Below, piece by piece: positions 19,308 to 28,265 of a DNA stretch of 41,812 nucleotides (its first letter is position 1; every line of letters begins with the position of its first letter). The translations under genes and the position numbers were made by a program. The stretch is from a virus (taxonomy: Duplodnaviria > Caudoviricetes), in the IMG/VR virus record IMGVR_UViG_3300032253_000009, positions 1-41,812 of that record. One strand, 5' to 3'. Below the pieces are notes generated by a model, which made no database searches, had not been told where the DNA came from, and saw only the letters and a program-made list of their open reading frames with translations.

Positions 19308-19586
19308 TTAGCTACCTTTAGCTATAAGTTCTTCTACTAATTTAGAATTAAAGTTAGGGTTTTCAGGGTCGGCTATTTCATAAATTGTTAAACGTAACAT
19401 TAAAGCATTTAACTTATCATCATTCAATTCAGCAGCACGTTCACCCACTAGATATAGTAACTTGCCAAATATGTTTAAAGGAACTTTTAAAATATTACAG
19501 TCATTGTTAACTAAAATCTCTTCTAGTAAATTAGCGGTATGTACTTTCCACAGCGCAGGTGGTAGTTCTTTTACTTGGTTATTCAT
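19308..19586 (-). CDS. Cassette ORF, 92 aa
   Basis: Starts at a repeat-associated ATG. Confidence 0.65.
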   Translation of the reverse strand: MNNQVKELPPALWKVHTANLLEEILVNNDCNILKVPLNIFGKLLYLVGERAAELNDDKLNALMLRLTIYEIADPENPNFNSKLVEELIAKGS

Positions 19587-19612
19587 GTCATCACCTTAAT
19601 CATTGCTGTTTT

Positions 19613-19798
19613 TTAATTACCATTCTCTAGTTCATCAATTAAAATTAAAACAGCATCCCAAGCGTGGGCATATTACTTGTAAAACTCTGGCTTAGCTTGT
19701 TCGTTTAATTCAAGGAACTGTGTAACGCCTAACTTGATTGCATTTATAGTTTCGGTTAGGTCTGTGTTTTCTCTGAAAAGATAGTCTTCTGTATTCAC
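19613..19798 (-). pseudogene. Cassette ORF with internal TAA
   Basis: GTG start at repeat; ...KPEFYK*YAHAWDAVLILIDELENGN*; stop at 19673-19675. Confidence 0.5.
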
Positions 19799-19807
19799 AT
19801 CATCACC

Positions 19808-19996
19808 TTAATCATTGTTGTTTACCTTGAAGTTTTGGATTTCCAAAACCTGAATCACATCGCCTAGTAGAAATGTAAGTTCGTCATAACTCCATGAATC
19901 TAATGTAACCTGACCATCTATTATTAGGTCTGACACATCAAAGCCCATTTCTTGTAAGGAATTTACATTTGCCTTATGCTCTGGAAAGCTACTCAT
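19808..19996 (-). CDS. Cassette ORF, 62 aa
   Basis: Repeat-to-repeat ORF ending VNNND. Confidence 0.65.
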   Translation of the reverse strand: MSSFPEHKANVNSLQEMGFDVSDLIIDGQVTLDSWSYDELTFLLGDVIQVLEIQNFKVNNND

Positions 19997-20015
19997 ATCA
20001 TCACCTTAATCATTG

Positions 20016-20174
20016 TTAAAAATACGGTTGTTCTTTAATTTCTTTTATTGCATATTCCTTGAGAGTTACTTGTTTAATCTCTCCATCCTCATCAATGATA
20101 ACGCAACAATTAAAAGTTGTTGCGCTGCACTCGTAGTCTGTTGAATGCTCAAAGCCGTATATGTCGCAACTCAT
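20016..20174 (-). CDS. Cassette ORF, 52 aa, Cys-containing
   Basis: MSCDIYGFEHSTDYEC...KEQPYF; starts at a repeat ATG. Confidence 0.6.
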   Translation of the reverse strand: MSCDIYGFEHSTDYECSATTFNCCVIIDEDGEIKQVTLKEYAIKEIKEQPYF

Positions 20175-20182
20175 GTATCACC

Positions 20183-20371
20183 TCAATTATTGTTGTTATA
20201 ATCGTGTAGTGGGTATCTATCTTCTATACTTTCCCACTGTTTCACGATTGACTCGAAATGCGTATTGGTCGCAGGAATATGAGCCGCTACAACCTTAAAC
20301 ATATCTACCATGACATTACTTAATATCGTCAATCTTATAGTTAAGTTTTTAATTTCTTCGTCTTTAGTCAC
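20183..20371 (-). CDS. Cassette ORF, 62 aa
   Basis: GTG start at repeat; ends YNNNN in the next repeat. Confidence 0.65.
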   Translation of the reverse strand: MTKDEEIKNLTIRLTILSNVMVDMFKVVAAHIPATNTHFESIVKQWESIEDRYPLHDYNNNN

Positions 20372-20384
20372 GTCATCACCTTAA

Positions 20385-20609
20385 TCATTGTTGTTTATTT
20401 AATAATCTAATCTGGCTTGCATCCCAAGCTTCTATGTATTCAGGTATCGTTAATGGTTTTTCACAGGGTTCTTGTGGTGCGTATTTATAAGATCCATAAC
20501 CTATAGATAAATCAGCTATATTTTTAATCCTATACCTCAATTGGCAGTTACCCTGCGCGGGATTTAATGCCCTACATGAACCGCATACTTTCTTTTGTGA
20601 TTTCTTCAT
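20385..20609 (-). CDS. Cassette ORF, 74 aa, four Cys
   Basis: CGSC...C...C; stop lies inside the repeat in an alternative frame (NKQQ*). Confidence 0.65.
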   Translation of the reverse strand: MKKSQKKVCGSCRALNPAQGNCQLRYRIKNIADLSIGYGSYKYAPQEPCEKPLTIPEYIEAWDASQIRLLNKQQ

Positions 20610-20938
20610 ACATCACCTTTAATTGGTGGAGTGGGTAAATCAAATAAAAATTCATCAGTAGTCGTATCCGTTCCACCTTTACTATCTAAATACCGAATAT
20701 ATATACCATCCTCAATTGTCGGATGCTCACCAAGTGTTTTAACTGGTCTTAATCTTCCGCAAGGCCAAGAGGTCAAAAACAACTTATCAACACTAATCCA
20801 TTCACTCTGCTTTTCTAGTTGCTCGATGAATTTACCTGCCTCTACTAGCATTTTTTCTAAATCAACTACGTCCCCTTCTTCTAAAACTAAACGTATTGAG
20901 TGGACTATTGTTTTCGCTTCATCTATTAGTTTGGTCAT
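20606..20938 (-). CDS. Hypothetical protein with DUF551-like boundary motifs
   Basis: EWISVD ... LPTPP. Confidence 0.55.
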   Translation of the reverse strand: MTKLIDEAKTIVHSIRLVLEEGDVVDLEKMLVEAGKFIEQLEKQSEWISVDKLFLTSWPCGRLRPVKTLGEHPTIEDGIYIRYLDSKGGTDTTTDEFLFDLPTPPIKGDV

Positions 20939-21257
20939 TCCGATAGCTCCTTGCTTTGTGATACGCAGCCCTTAGTGCGTCACGATTGGGGTTATATGGA
21001 TTTCTGCCGCTAGTATCCTCCCTCGCGTCAACGTCAATGCAAAGTGTACTCATATCATAATCAATATTATCATCTATGTAGATGTTGCCTTTCGGCTCTC
21101 CTCCCATGCCCGCTACCCACATCACATGCTCTGTGTTTTCTTGCTGCCATTTCGCGCATACCATACCAAGCAAAGAACATAGCACCTCCTCGAAACCTTC
21201 TGGAACAACTACGCCGCAAGGGAAATTTATTTTTATTTGGTTTAATTCTTCTGTCAT
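20919..21257 (-). CDS. Hypothetical protein
   Basis: 112 aa, GGGGA SD, MTEE start. Confidence 0.6.
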   Translation of the reverse strand: MTEELNQIKINFPCGVVVPEGFEEVLCSLLGMVCAKWQQENTEHVMWVAGMGGEPKGNIYIDDNIDYDMSTLCIDVDAREDTSGRNPYNPNRDALRAAYHKARSYRNDQTNR

Positions 21258-21545
21258 TTAACTATCCCCTATCTGGTTGAGTGCTTCAACTAGCGCGTTA
21301 AATCTCATTAAATCCCCTTTACACTCTGGAGGGTAGGATTCGCGCACATACCTAGTCGAGCATACTTCAATATCAAGTAACCTCTCATTCTCTCCCTTAA
21401 CCTTATCGAGTTCGGCAACCAGTTCAGCGTTTTTTGTTTCTAATTCGTTAATAGTATTACACACTGGACAATACCAATTATCTTCATGAGCGCTACGGCC
21501 ACCCATACATTCAAGCTCTACCTTATGCTTTCTGCACTTTCTCAT
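21258..21545 (-). CDS. Zn-finger plus coiled-coil protein
   Basis: CRKH...WYCPVC followed by ETKNAELV coiled coil. Confidence 0.6.
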   Translation of the reverse strand: MRKCRKHKVELECMGGRSAHEDNWYCPVCNTINELETKNAELVAELDKVKGENERLLDIEVCSTRYVRESYPPECKGDLMRFNALVEALNQIGDS

Positions 21546-21556
21546 TTATTTATATC

Positions 21557-21718
21557 CTATTCCAAATAGCTTTTAAGCTCTTCCACTAACTCTAAATTCT
21601 CTTCGAGTCGATCTACTACATGATGGAAACTACTAGAACCACGTAAAGATTCATCTTGGTCTATTTCTTCTTGTAAATCTTCTATTTGTTCTTCAATACT
21701 TTTATATTCTTCTGTCAT
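21557..21718 (-). CDS. 53-aa acidic coiled-coil protein
   Basis: MTEEYKSIEEQIEDLQEEID...; shares a 21-nt start region with the gene starting at 21257. Confidence 0.55.
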   Translation of the reverse strand: MTEEYKSIEEQIEDLQEEIDQDESLRGSSSFHHVVDRLEENLELVEELKSYLE

Positions 21719-21728
21719 TTAACTATTC

Positions 21729-22091
21729 TCACTTGTTAGCGTACGCATTAGCAAATATAACTGCGGGTTCTATATCCCAGAATCTACCCTTGCTTGTAAT
21801 TTCACCTTTAAATGGAACAAAGATAACCGTATAACCGTTTTTAACTCCGCTATATTTAGGGTCTGCTACTTTACAAATTAACAAACACTCCTTAACTCGT
21901 TGCTTAACACCTGAATAATTAGTGATGTCAAACGTAGGATTATTTTGCTTCGGTATTTCCCTAAAAGTTTTATCAGCGAAAATAATAACTTCTAATTTAT
22001 TTTTCATCATCTTTCCCCGCCCAAAAATGCTTGTATCTATTAAGTAATTCAACCTCTTCAACCAGTTCAGCGTTTTTTGTTTCCGCCTCAT
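21729..22091 (-). CDS. Hypothetical protein (true start probably internal MMKNKL)
   Basis: ORF track; GGGGA SD before the internal ATG. Confidence 0.5.
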   Translation of the reverse strand: MRRKQKTLNWLKRLNYLIDTSIFGRGKMMKNKLEVIIFADKTFREIPKQNNPTFDITNYSGVKQRVKECLLICKVADPKYSGVKNGYTVIFVPFKGEITSKGRFWDIEPAVIFANAYANK

Positions 22092-22251
22092 TTAGTTGGG
22101 CTTGGAGTTGCTCTATTTCAGGTATGCGGTATTTATTATCCAATTCAATGACTAGATCCATTAAATCGTCAACATTCCACTTAGTACACTGTATTCTAAC
22201 TTTTCTACCGATAATAAGTCGCCCTATAGAAAATTCATGTAAATCACTCAC
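21997..22251 (-). CDS. Coiled-coil hypothetical protein
   Basis: AGGAG SD; contains the same ETKNAELV block. Confidence 0.55.
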   Translation of the reverse strand: MSDLHEFSIGRLIIGRKVRIQCTKWNVDDLMDLVIELDNKYRIPEIEQLQAQLNEAETKNAELVEEVELLNRYKHFWAGKDDEK

Positions 22252-22262
22252 TTATTTATCTC

Positions 22263-22454
22263 CTAATTGATAATTGTTTTCTCACTACAATGCATATTAG
22301 TAATATTAGAGTATCCATTTTCTATGCAGTCTTCTACTACTAGGAATTTAATTAAGCTGCCGCCTAATAACATACCTAATACTACTAATAGAAAATAATT
22401 AAATATTAGTTTACGTTCTTCAATTATGATAGCTGTCATTTTAAATTCTCCCAT
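22263..22454 (-). CDS. Small membrane protein
   Basis: One TM segment. Confidence 0.5.
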   Translation of the reverse strand: MGEFKMTAIIIEERKLIFNYFLLVVLGMLLGGSLIKFLVVEDCIENGYSNITNMHCSEKTIIN

Positions 22455-22690
22455 GCATTTATTAATTCTTTTCTTTGGGTTTTTATAGCGTTAGAAGCGG
22501 AGGCTTTTTTATTTTCATCTATAGGAAAATCGGCAGAAGATTTTCTATAAAATTCGTAGACAGTCACTTGTTCACTAAGTTGTAAAGTGATTGAAAAAGT
22601 AAAACATATCGTATCTTCACATATAGGTCTTATCGCATTAATTCTTTCTAAGTCTATTATTGTGCCGTTATCAAAAGTATATAAGTTCAT
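22436..22690 (-). CDS. Hypothetical protein
   Basis: ATGA-coupled to the helicase; IIDLERINAI motif. Confidence 0.6.
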   Translation of the reverse strand: MNLYTFDNGTIIDLERINAIRPICEDTICFTFSITLQLSEQVTVYEFYRKSSADFPIDENKKASASNAIKTQRKELINAWENLK

Positions 22691-24027
22691 TTTCTTTTTA
22701 TCCTTTTTTTCATTGCATTTAAAAAACCTTTTTGTGATGAATCCTTATCTTCTTGTTGTGCTATTACGTCTCCATCTACTGAATTTAATATAATAGGTCT
22801 ATGTACTATTACCTGTTCTTCTTGGCCTTGTCTGTCAAGCCTGCCTATAAATTGATATACATCACCGTACTTGTCTAAGTGACTGTAAAAGCATAAATTA
22901 TACCCACCTTCTTGCATGTTATTACCATGCGCTAAAACAGAAATTTGACCGATTAAAACCTCATACTTCTTTTTGTTCCAATACTTTATTATTTTCTTAA
23001 CGTCTTTAGTACCTGAACCTATATGTGGCGCGTTAGGAAACGCTTGTTTTAATACATGATAATCATGCTTATATTCATAACCTATTAATAAAGGCTCACC
23101 TTCTAATTCATCAACTAAGTCTTGAACTGCCCATATCTTTTCGTCATGTATTCTAATTATCTTTTTGTTTTCATCATAGATACGACCATTACAAAACTGT
23201 TTTAATTTGCCGCGTTTAACGGCTGCATTAACAGCAGTAATAACACCTTCATCTAATTCAGTTATAAATTCTCTTTCAAGTTCATCATATTGTTTACGAA
23301 TAGCTTTAGGTAGTTCAATGTAAATATCATTATATAAAACAGGCTTTCGCTTACGCTCTCTATCAGGTCGATAAATAATATCACTTATTGCTTCGTGAAT
23401 TCTTTCTTTACCGTCTTCTTGTAATACATAGTCATAGCCCATATAACCGACTGGATTAAAAAACTTATTTCTATACGCTGTTATATATTGTCCTAATCTT
23501 TCACCTTCATCTAATATATAAATTTGTGAAAATAAATCCATATAAGACTGCGTGTTAGGTGTAGCTGATAATAAATATCGCCTACTAAACTTATGAAGTA
23601 TCTTTTTAAACGTTTTAAAGCGCCCAGTTTTAAAACCTTTTGCTTTGTCTGATTCATCTATTATTAATGTAGTAGCTTTTAAATGTTTTAAATTTTTAAG
23701 TAGCCAAGGTAGGCCGTCAAAATTCATAATATAAATATCAGCTTTCTTTTTTAAATTCTTGTCTTTATCTTTCCCATGCAATGATTGATAAGTAAAACCA
23801 AAATCCCATTTCTTGTCTTCATTTTGCCATACTTCACCATCTAGTATTTTTAATGTAGTAATAATAATAGCACCGTGAAACATATCTTTAGATTTTAATA
23901 TTTCTAAAACACTTTGCGTAGTTGCTGTTTTACCATCACCGACATCTAAGAAAGCGCCACTAGCAGGACGTTCTAACATGAACTTGATGCAATCTATTTG
24001 CATTTCATCTGCGGGGAAATTGCTCAT
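22687..24027 (-). CDS. SNF2-family (SF2) helicase
   Basis: LDVGDGKT, IIDES, LSATP, HGNNMQ, QFIGRLDRQGQ. Confidence 0.9.
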   Translation of the reverse strand: MSNFPADEMQIDCIKFMLERPASGAFLDVGDGKTATTQSVLEILKSKDMFHGAIIITTLKILDGEVWQNEDKKWDFGFTYQSLHGKDKDKNLKKKADIYIMNFDGLPWLLKNLKHLKATTLIIDESDKAKGFKTGRFKTFKKILHKFSRRYLLSATPNTQSYMDLFSQIYILDEGERLGQYITAYRNKFFNPVGYMGYDYVLQEDGKERIHEAISDIIYRPDRERKRKPVLYNDIYIELPKAIRKQYDELEREFITELDEGVITAVNAAVKRGKLKQFCNGRIYDENKKIIRIHDEKIWAVQDLVDELEGEPLLIGYEYKHDYHVLKQAFPNAPHIGSGTKDVKKIIKYWNKKKYEVLIGQISVLAHGNNMQEGGYNLCFYSHLDKYGDVYQFIGRLDRQGQEEQVIVHRPIILNSVDGDVIAQQEDKDSSQKGFLNAMKKRIKRK

Positions 24028-24287
24028 TTTTTAGATTCTACAAAATACGTTATTACCAAACCCATAGGGAATACAATTGATACAACTGCCATTGTAACAA
24101 GCACAGACATAATATTGTGAACCCTAAATAAAAGTCCTCTACCATTTACAGCTTCTTTAATAACGGATAGTAGAACTATGTTCCAAGTTAAAATAGAGCA
24201 AATAGCCCAAACATCATACATATTCATCATTCTACTCCTTTTTAATTGCTGATTTTTTGAGATCTTTATAAAATCTTTGAAAATCAT
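24024..24287 (-). CDS. Small two-TM membrane protein
   Basis: Two hydrophobic segments; probable start at MMNM after AAGGAG. Confidence 0.5.
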   Translation of the reverse strand: MIFKDFIKISKNQQLKRSRMMNMYDVWAICSILTWNIVLLSVIKEAVNGRGLLFRVHNIMSVLVTMAVVSIVFPMGLVITYFVESKK

Positions 24288-24395
24288 CCTCTAGTAATAA
24301 CGCCACCTGAGTGCCTACATAATAAATGGAATCTAAACCGCTAGATTCAAAGGCAATAATAATAAAAAGATTAATTAATATAAATAATAACTTCA

Positions 24396-24767
24396 TTAAT
24401 CTATACCTTCAAATTCTTTAAAGTTAGTGAACTGTTCAGTGATGCCTTTGCACCATGCAAGCTCATATTCAAAAATAGTTTTAGCTTGTTCTAAGCTATC
24501 GACTAAGTAAACATGAAAGCCGCGCTTTCTTAATTTATCATGCGTATAAGCTTGAAACTTTTCACCTACACGTTTACCAAATCTTTTATTATTACGCTTA
24601 AATTCTATGTAAAATCCATAGCCGTTTAATAGTGCAGTATATCTATCAGGCCAAGACCGTTTATTTATTTTAATAGCATTAAAACCTTGTTCTTCTACAT
24701 AATCAACATAAGCATTTTCAGTTACCGATTCTAGCTTTAAAGTTATTCTAGGTTTAACCGTTGCCAT
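24396..24767 (-). CDS. VRR-NUC domain nuclease
   Basis: E...WPDR...YIEFKR...Q...GFHVYLVDS. Confidence 0.85.
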   Translation of the reverse strand: MATVKPRITLKLESVTENAYVDYVEEQGFNAIKINKRSWPDRYTALLNGYGFYIEFKRNNKRFGKRVGEKFQAYTHDKLRKRGFHVYLVDSLEQAKTIFEYELAWCKGITEQFTNFKEFEGID

Positions 24768-25590
24768 AATTATATTCCTTTAGAGCTTTTTTAATACCTT
24801 TACCAAAATCACCTTTAGCTTTTGTAGCGGTAGCTTTTAATTCTTGTATAGTATTTTCTATATCAGATTTTGTAGTGTATTTTAAAATTCGTTTAGTATA
24901 GTCGTATCCACCTTTTAAATATTCAGATTTTTTAAACATTTCTAAACACGTACCATTTTTTCCCATGAATCTATCACACCAATTACAGAATTTATGTGGA
25001 GTAGGTTTAAACGTTTTATCGCTATACATTCTATTTACTCGGGCATTCCATGCGCTAATCATTTTATTTAATTCTTTTCTTGTATAATGAAATTCAGTTG
25101 TTTCGCCAGAATCTAAATACCAAAATTCTACAAAAACTTCATCTATATCTTCATTAAGTATTAATAATGCCATTGAATAAGCATGGCCTTGTTCCATATG
25201 TTCAGGGTATTTTTTGCCTGTTTTATAATCTATGACAGTTAACACTTCTCCAAAGTGTGCAAAGTCTGCAAAGCCTATAAAGTAATCTGTTTTAAATTTA
25301 CTAGAAGGTTCATGTGCAGAAGTAAATGAAATATCAGGTTCACAAAATCCTACTCCTTTTTTAAATTCTTTTTTAAGTACTTTAAACTCACTAGCAAAGT
25401 TTTCTAATTCTTTAGGCATTCCTTTAATATCACCTATTACATAATTTTCTGCTTTCTTATGAATATCTAACCCTCGTTCTAAAGCAGGGCTTGAACTACG
25501 CGGTTTCTTTAGCACATAGAACCATTCATATTGTGCAGGGCATTTTAAGTACATTGATACGCGACTATAAGACCATTTTTTAGTTTTCAT
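24754..25590 (-). CDS. PD-(D/E)XK Cas4/RecB-like exonuclease
   Basis: WSYS...CP, RGLDIH, GFAD, VIDYKTG, CNWC...C. Confidence 0.88.
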   Translation of the reverse strand: MKTKKWSYSRVSMYLKCPAQYEWFYVLKKPRSSSPALERGLDIHKKAENYVIGDIKGMPKELENFASEFKVLKKEFKKGVGFCEPDISFTSAHEPSSKFKTDYFIGFADFAHFGEVLTVIDYKTGKKYPEHMEQGHAYSMALLILNEDIDEVFVEFWYLDSGETTEFHYTRKELNKMISAWNARVNRMYSDKTFKPTPHKFCNWCDRFMGKNGTCLEMFKKSEYLKGGYDYTKRILKYTTKSDIENTIQELKATATKAKGDFGKGIKKALKEYNYGNG

Positions 25591-25780
25591 ATAGCACCAT
25601 AGCCTGTGAATATAAAGTTACTTCTACGTAATCTCCTGTGTTAGAATTTTCACAATTAGTTATACAAGTTGATAAGCTACCTAATGGCTGCCAACCATTG
25701 CGTATACCTTCTTTAACATTTTCTACTATTTGAAAATGGTTTATATTAGTTATTATTTCATAATTAACTATAGTTTTCAT
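25580..25780 (-). CDS. DUF1737-like protein
   Basis: GWQPLGS...YSQAMV signature. Confidence 0.7.
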   Translation of the reverse strand: MKTIVNYEIITNINHFQIVENVKEGIRNGWQPLGSLSTCITNCENSNTGDYVEVTLYSQAMVLYEN

Positions 25781-26007
25781 TTCACTACCTCAAGTTTAAT
25801 TTTCTTAGAATCTTTTATTAATTGGTCTAACAATATACTAGCAGTATAATTTATAGAATCATTACTGCCTTCTAAATAAGCTATAGCTTCTAAACTGCTA
25901 GGTTCAGTAATAATTATATTAACATAGTTAGGCGAAGCGCTTAGATATAATCCTCTATTTTGTTTTATACAAAGTTCAGTTAGTTTTTCAAAGTTTGTTA
26001 GTTTCAA
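25777..26007 (-). CDS. Hypothetical protein
   Basis: 76 aa, overlapping start/stop with neighbours. Confidence 0.5.
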   Translation of the reverse strand: MKLTNFEKLTELCIKQNRGLYLSASPNYVNIIITEPSSLEAIAYLEGSNDSINYTASILLDQLIKDSKKIKLEVVK

Positions 26008-26180
26008 TGCATTGTCTCCACTTCATTTTTAAAGAATTCATAGCTGATAGTTGTGTTATTATATTTCTTATCTAATGTGACTAATAAGCTATCAGAATAA
26101 GTATCTAGTACAGTACCTTTATCACCTACTTTATATAAATTTAATTCGCTTTCATCATTTATTTTTATCCTAACTCTCAT
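26004..26180 (-). CDS. 58-aa SH3-like hypothetical protein
   Basis: MRVRIKIND...YKVGDKGTV...LLVTLD; ATGA-coupled. Confidence 0.5.
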   Translation of the reverse strand: MRVRIKINDESELNLYKVGDKGTVLDTYSDSLLVTLDKKYNNTTISYEFFKNEVETMH

Positions 26181-26392
26181 AATACACCCATTGCCATTAA
26201 TTTTTGCTTAGTATCTTTACCATATAAATTATGAACTACTAAACCTAATGAACAATACTGATTAATTATATTATTATTTATATCATGGTTAGTAATTAAA
26301 GTTATGAATTGATAAGAGCCGCTACCTAAATAACGCATAGGCATCTGCCGAAGTTTTTTAATACCTTGTATATAACTTATTTCTTCTTTCAT
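26177..26392 (-). CDS. Hypothetical protein
   Basis: ATGA-coupled to the polymerase. Confidence 0.5.
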   Translation of the reverse strand: MKEEISYIQGIKKLRQMPMRYLGSGSYQFITLITNHDINNNIINQYCSLGLVVHNLYGKDTKQKLMAMGVL

Positions 26393-28260
26393 TGTCCTTG
26401 CTCCAATTTAATCATACTGCCCCATCGTTCACCTATCTTACCGTCAGTCAACATAGGCAAATCAAATAATTCATCATATTCCATTGCTTCTTTAAACGTT
26501 TTCATAATCTTTTTACTTTGCCGCTTTGCACCACTTAACATAAATTCATCATGTATCTGTAACATAATACGCGCATCCATTGCCGATTCTTTTAGTGCAT
26601 CATCTATATTAAGTAATGCACGTTTAGAATGATCGGCTGCACTGCCTTGAATTAAAGTATTTAAACCTACATATTCTTTATCATCTTCAAAATCATACCA
26701 CCGACCGCCTGCGGTTTTAAACATTTCACCTTTACGTGCCATTACTTGTAAATCTTCTTTAATCTGCCCTACTTCTGGTAATGCATCACTATGAAGTGCA
26801 AACACTTCTTTAGCTTCTTCTAATGATATTTTTGCATTATGCGCTAATGCTTTTGCACCGCCTCCATAAACGATTAAAAAGTTACAGCCTTTAACTACGA
26901 TATGTTCTAAAATAATGCCTGATTGTTCAGCGATTAAATCACGAACAAAATCATGGCCTGATAGATTATTATTGTTCTGATAAGCAATTAATAAACCACC
27001 ATCTGTAAAGTGTGCGAGTATTCTAATTTCTTGTTGACAAAAATCACGGTTATATAATTGATGTGATTTTTTATCCGCTACTATATAGTTTCTTAAAAAC
27101 GGCATACCTTTAAATACTTCATTAGGTTTTCTAGGTACTTGTTGAAAGTTAGAGCTAAATCGTCCTGTATAAGTACCTTTGTCATTTTCACCTTTTATAG
27201 TGTTGTACCACATAAAAAACTTGCCATTGTTTTCTAATGCGCTATCTAGCCAAGGCTGCATATACGTACCAATAAGTTTAGAATACTTACTGTATATTTC
27301 TAAGTTCTTTACTAACTTTTTATCTGTGCATACATTTATTAATGAATCAATAGATGTTTTCTTACTAGTACGTTCCCATTGATAAGTATTTTTATTAAAA
27401 TTTGTATTGTATTCCCATTGCTTAACTAAGCCTTTCGATTCAAAAGCGGCTATTTTTTGTTCATGACTGTTTAAATTGATATCACCTAATGTTTTTTGTA
27501 CTGCATTTTTTGCACGTTTTAACGTTTTCTTAGCTTTTTCTAAATCAGGTTCTAACGTTTTATAATCTACGTTTACGCCTTCACGTTCCATTTCTATTGT
27601 TTTTATAACACATCTTCTTTCTACGTCATACTGTTCTAACATACCCATTTTAAGAACGTGCTTATAAAATAACTTAATTAATTTTGTTGTCCTTTTAACA
27701 TCACCTTTAGCATATCTCATAACTAGTTTCATTGGTGCATATGCAATAAAAGCGCCTGTTTTAGTAGGAGGTATTTTAAAATATCCTTTGGGCTTTTTAC
27801 GATCTATTACTATTTCACCTTGCCCACTTTTTTCACTTGTGAAAACGTTATCTATAATCCAATTTTTTAATTTAGTTTGTTCGTCAGGTGGCATATTTAA
27901 ATACTTATCTGATAACGGTTTTAAACTTAAGCTTTGTTCTCGTGGATTATGTAAAAAAGCTAATAGCATTGAATCTTCCCAACCATTAGGCGGTGTTAAT
28001 GGCAGCTCGAAAAACTTTTCAGCAACTTCTAAATCGAATTTTCCATTATGACAGCCAATACGATAATTGCGGTATAACTCTTTTAATTTCTTTTTAGCTT
28101 GTGCAAATGTACAATTGTTTTCATCTAAATGACCCCATGACATATAGTAAGGCGCTTTATTAGGTTCTTCTATTGCCAAGCCTACTGGCTTTGGTGGGTA
28201 GTGTGCAGGACGTTTACCAATGCCTAATGTTTCAAAATCTATAACTGCTAATGGTTTCAT
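26389..28260 (-). CDS. polA: Family A DNA polymerase with 3'-5' exonuclease domain
   Basis: DFET, HNGKFD, YAKGD; TGRFSS, DFCQQEIRILAH, KGCNFLIVYG, NTLIQGSAAD, IHDE. Confidence 0.95.
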   Translation of the reverse strand: MKPLAVIDFETLGIGKRPAHYPPKPVGLAIEEPNKAPYYMSWGHLDENNCTFAQAKKKLKELYRNYRIGCHNGKFDLEVAEKFFELPLTPPNGWEDSMLLAFLHNPREQSLSLKPLSDKYLNMPPDEQTKLKNWIIDNVFTSEKSGQGEIVIDRKKPKGYFKIPPTKTGAFIAYAPMKLVMRYAKGDVKRTTKLIKLFYKHVLKMGMLEQYDVERRCVIKTIEMEREGVNVDYKTLEPDLEKAKKTLKRAKNAVQKTLGDINLNSHEQKIAAFESKGLVKQWEYNTNFNKNTYQWERTSKKTSIDSLINVCTDKKLVKNLEIYSKYSKLIGTYMQPWLDSALENNGKFFMWYNTIKGENDKGTYTGRFSSNFQQVPRKPNEVFKGMPFLRNYIVADKKSHQLYNRDFCQQEIRILAHFTDGGLLIAYQNNNNLSGHDFVRDLIAEQSGIILEHIVVKGCNFLIVYGGGAKALAHNAKISLEEAKEVFALHSDALPEVGQIKEDLQVMARKGEMFKTAGGRWYDFEDDKEYVGLNTLIQGSAADHSKRALLNIDDALKESAMDARIMLQIHDEFMLSGAKRQSKKIMKTFKEAMEYDELFDLPMLTDGKIGERWGSMIKLEQGQ

Positions 28261-28265
28261 TTATC

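Larger units (their letters stand above)
18850..20620 (-). repeat. Nine direct repeats, consensus AACAACAATGATT(A/G)AGGTGATG-n(1-2)-(A/G)TG, at gene junctions
   Basis: Plus-strand TCACC cores at 18857, 19113, 19283, 19591, 19803, 20001, 20178, 20376 and 20613 (last partial). Confidence 0.92.

Noticed and set aside
18850-20620. CRISPR array or integron
   Set aside because: Intervals are 170-308 bp, variable and protein-coding; repeats are non-palindromic; no cas or tyrosine-recombinase gene seen
24754-25590. Cas4 as evidence of CRISPR-Cas
   Set aside because: Stand-alone PD-(D/E)XK nuclease in a standard phage replication module
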